This document shows, piece by piece, positions 63,501 through 64,000 of a DNA stretch of 64,000 nt (positions are counted from its first letter, which is position 1; each line of letters begins with the position of its first letter). The stretch is from contig NC_079166.1 in NCBI RefSeq assembly GCF_947568905.1, positions 10,106,001 through 10,170,000 on the forward strand. The letters run 5' to 3'. The notes under the pieces are model-generated. The model saw nothing but the letters and a program-made list of their open reading frames with translations. It was not told where the DNA came from and searched no databases. This stretch comes from Ostrea edulis (lineage: Eukaryota). Made by a program: the position numbers and the translations under genes.

Positions 63501-63924
63501 ACTGCTGATGAAGTGCTGCAAAATTTAGTCCTATGCTCGGCGCTTATGGCCATTGAGCAGGGAGGGATCTTTATCATGCCACACCTGCTTTGACATGGAA
63601 CCTTGGTTTTTGCGGTCTCATCCGAAGGACCGCCCCATTTAGTTGCCTCTGATGACAAGCAAGGGTTACCGAGGGCCTATTCTAACCAGGATCCCAACGG
63701 GACTACAGGTGTGGGATTTGACAGGTGTTGGATGACACAGGTTTAATTGTATATACATGATGGAGAACTTACGATGATTCCCTGTGTTTTAAGCGGTGAC
63801 AGAATAGTCCTCCAGACTTTGTAGTCACTGATTCCAACACTTCCCAGAATGCACATGTACGGTGTCCAAAGGTATTTCATACGTAATGTAGACATTCCCA
63901 GAATTCCAAAGAAAACCGCTAATA
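56905..63924 (-). CDS. DPY19L3: C-mannosyltransferase DPY19L3-like, last six coding exons (gene continues beyond the window)
   Basis: complement(join(63924..63773,62990..62934,62697..62615,61240..61108,57965..57813,57054..56905)) with consistent phases. Peptides: STLRMKYLWTPYMC, ELEELKEFWDPDTVELMEWI, GSMQLLAGVKLCTGRPITNHPHYED, LYQIYGRR..YIILEDSIC, PRFCDEI..YFKLVFSNRTFRVHKVL*. Confidence 0.9.
58495..60545. repeat. ~2-kb 30-bp minisatellite with interspersed shorter variant units, in a DPY19L3 intron
   Basis: GTAAATCAATGTATCAATGTTTTTACTGTA repeated, punctuated by CCATGGTAAAACAAAGTTTTTACTGTA. Confidence 0.95.
60858..60985. mobile_element. Small inverted-repeat element
   Basis: TTACATGCCAAAATCCATATCGTATGTCATA..TCAGCCC / GGGCTGATATGACATATGATATGAATTTTAGCATGTAA. 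Confidence 0.55.
61945..62347 (-). mobile_element. HINE-like element (reverse orientation)
   Basis: GGAC/AGAC microsatellite and CCCCCC..GGGGGGTATAA end, inverted relative to 30972; ~160-bp tandem pair. Confidence 0.6.
63437..63703 (-). mobile_element. SINE-like repeat inserted in an ACAGGTGTTGGATT repeat tract
   Basis: Shares its tail and core (GAAAAT..TTCACTCAT, GGCCATTGAGCAG) with the 2088/41136 SINEs. Confidence 0.55.
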
Positions 63925-64000
63925 CTGTAAAATAATAAAATAAAACGATGACATCAAGGCATTCTGTAACAAGAAGCTACATGTTATTCCATCAAGGACT

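Overview
AT-rich, intron-containing animal genomic DNA. The repeat content and gene families suggest a bivalve, probably an oyster (inference). The main structure is a set of nested transposons. A 12.5-kb PIF/Harbinger element (3762-16243; 27-bp perfect TIRs, CAG TSD, intact spliced transposase and Myb/SANT genes) sits inside a coding exon of an EGF-repeat (MEGF/SREC-like) transmembrane receptor gene. Intron 1 of its Myb gene holds an apparently intact 5.8-kb ISL2EU element (THAP-DDE transposase plus SAP-SWIM-YqaJ exonuclease, AT TSD), and that element's intron holds a 77-bp hairpin MITE. Removing the Harbinger and one TSD copy restores the receptor reading frame exactly. Other host genes are a RING-less B-box/coiled-coil/NHL TRIM-like gene (42511-44166, minus) and the last six coding exons of DPY19L3 (56905-63924, minus). 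An internally deleted duplicate of the receptor locus lies at about 52.4-55.4 kb and shows empty and filled sites for several insertions. The rest is SINEs, Helentron-type (HINE) elements, TTAA-flanked Kolobok-like MITEs, foldback MITEs, Penelope-like and SGNH relics, satellites and one 134-N gap. All exon structures were assembled by hand from splice signals and frame continuity; none was checked against transcripts or databases.
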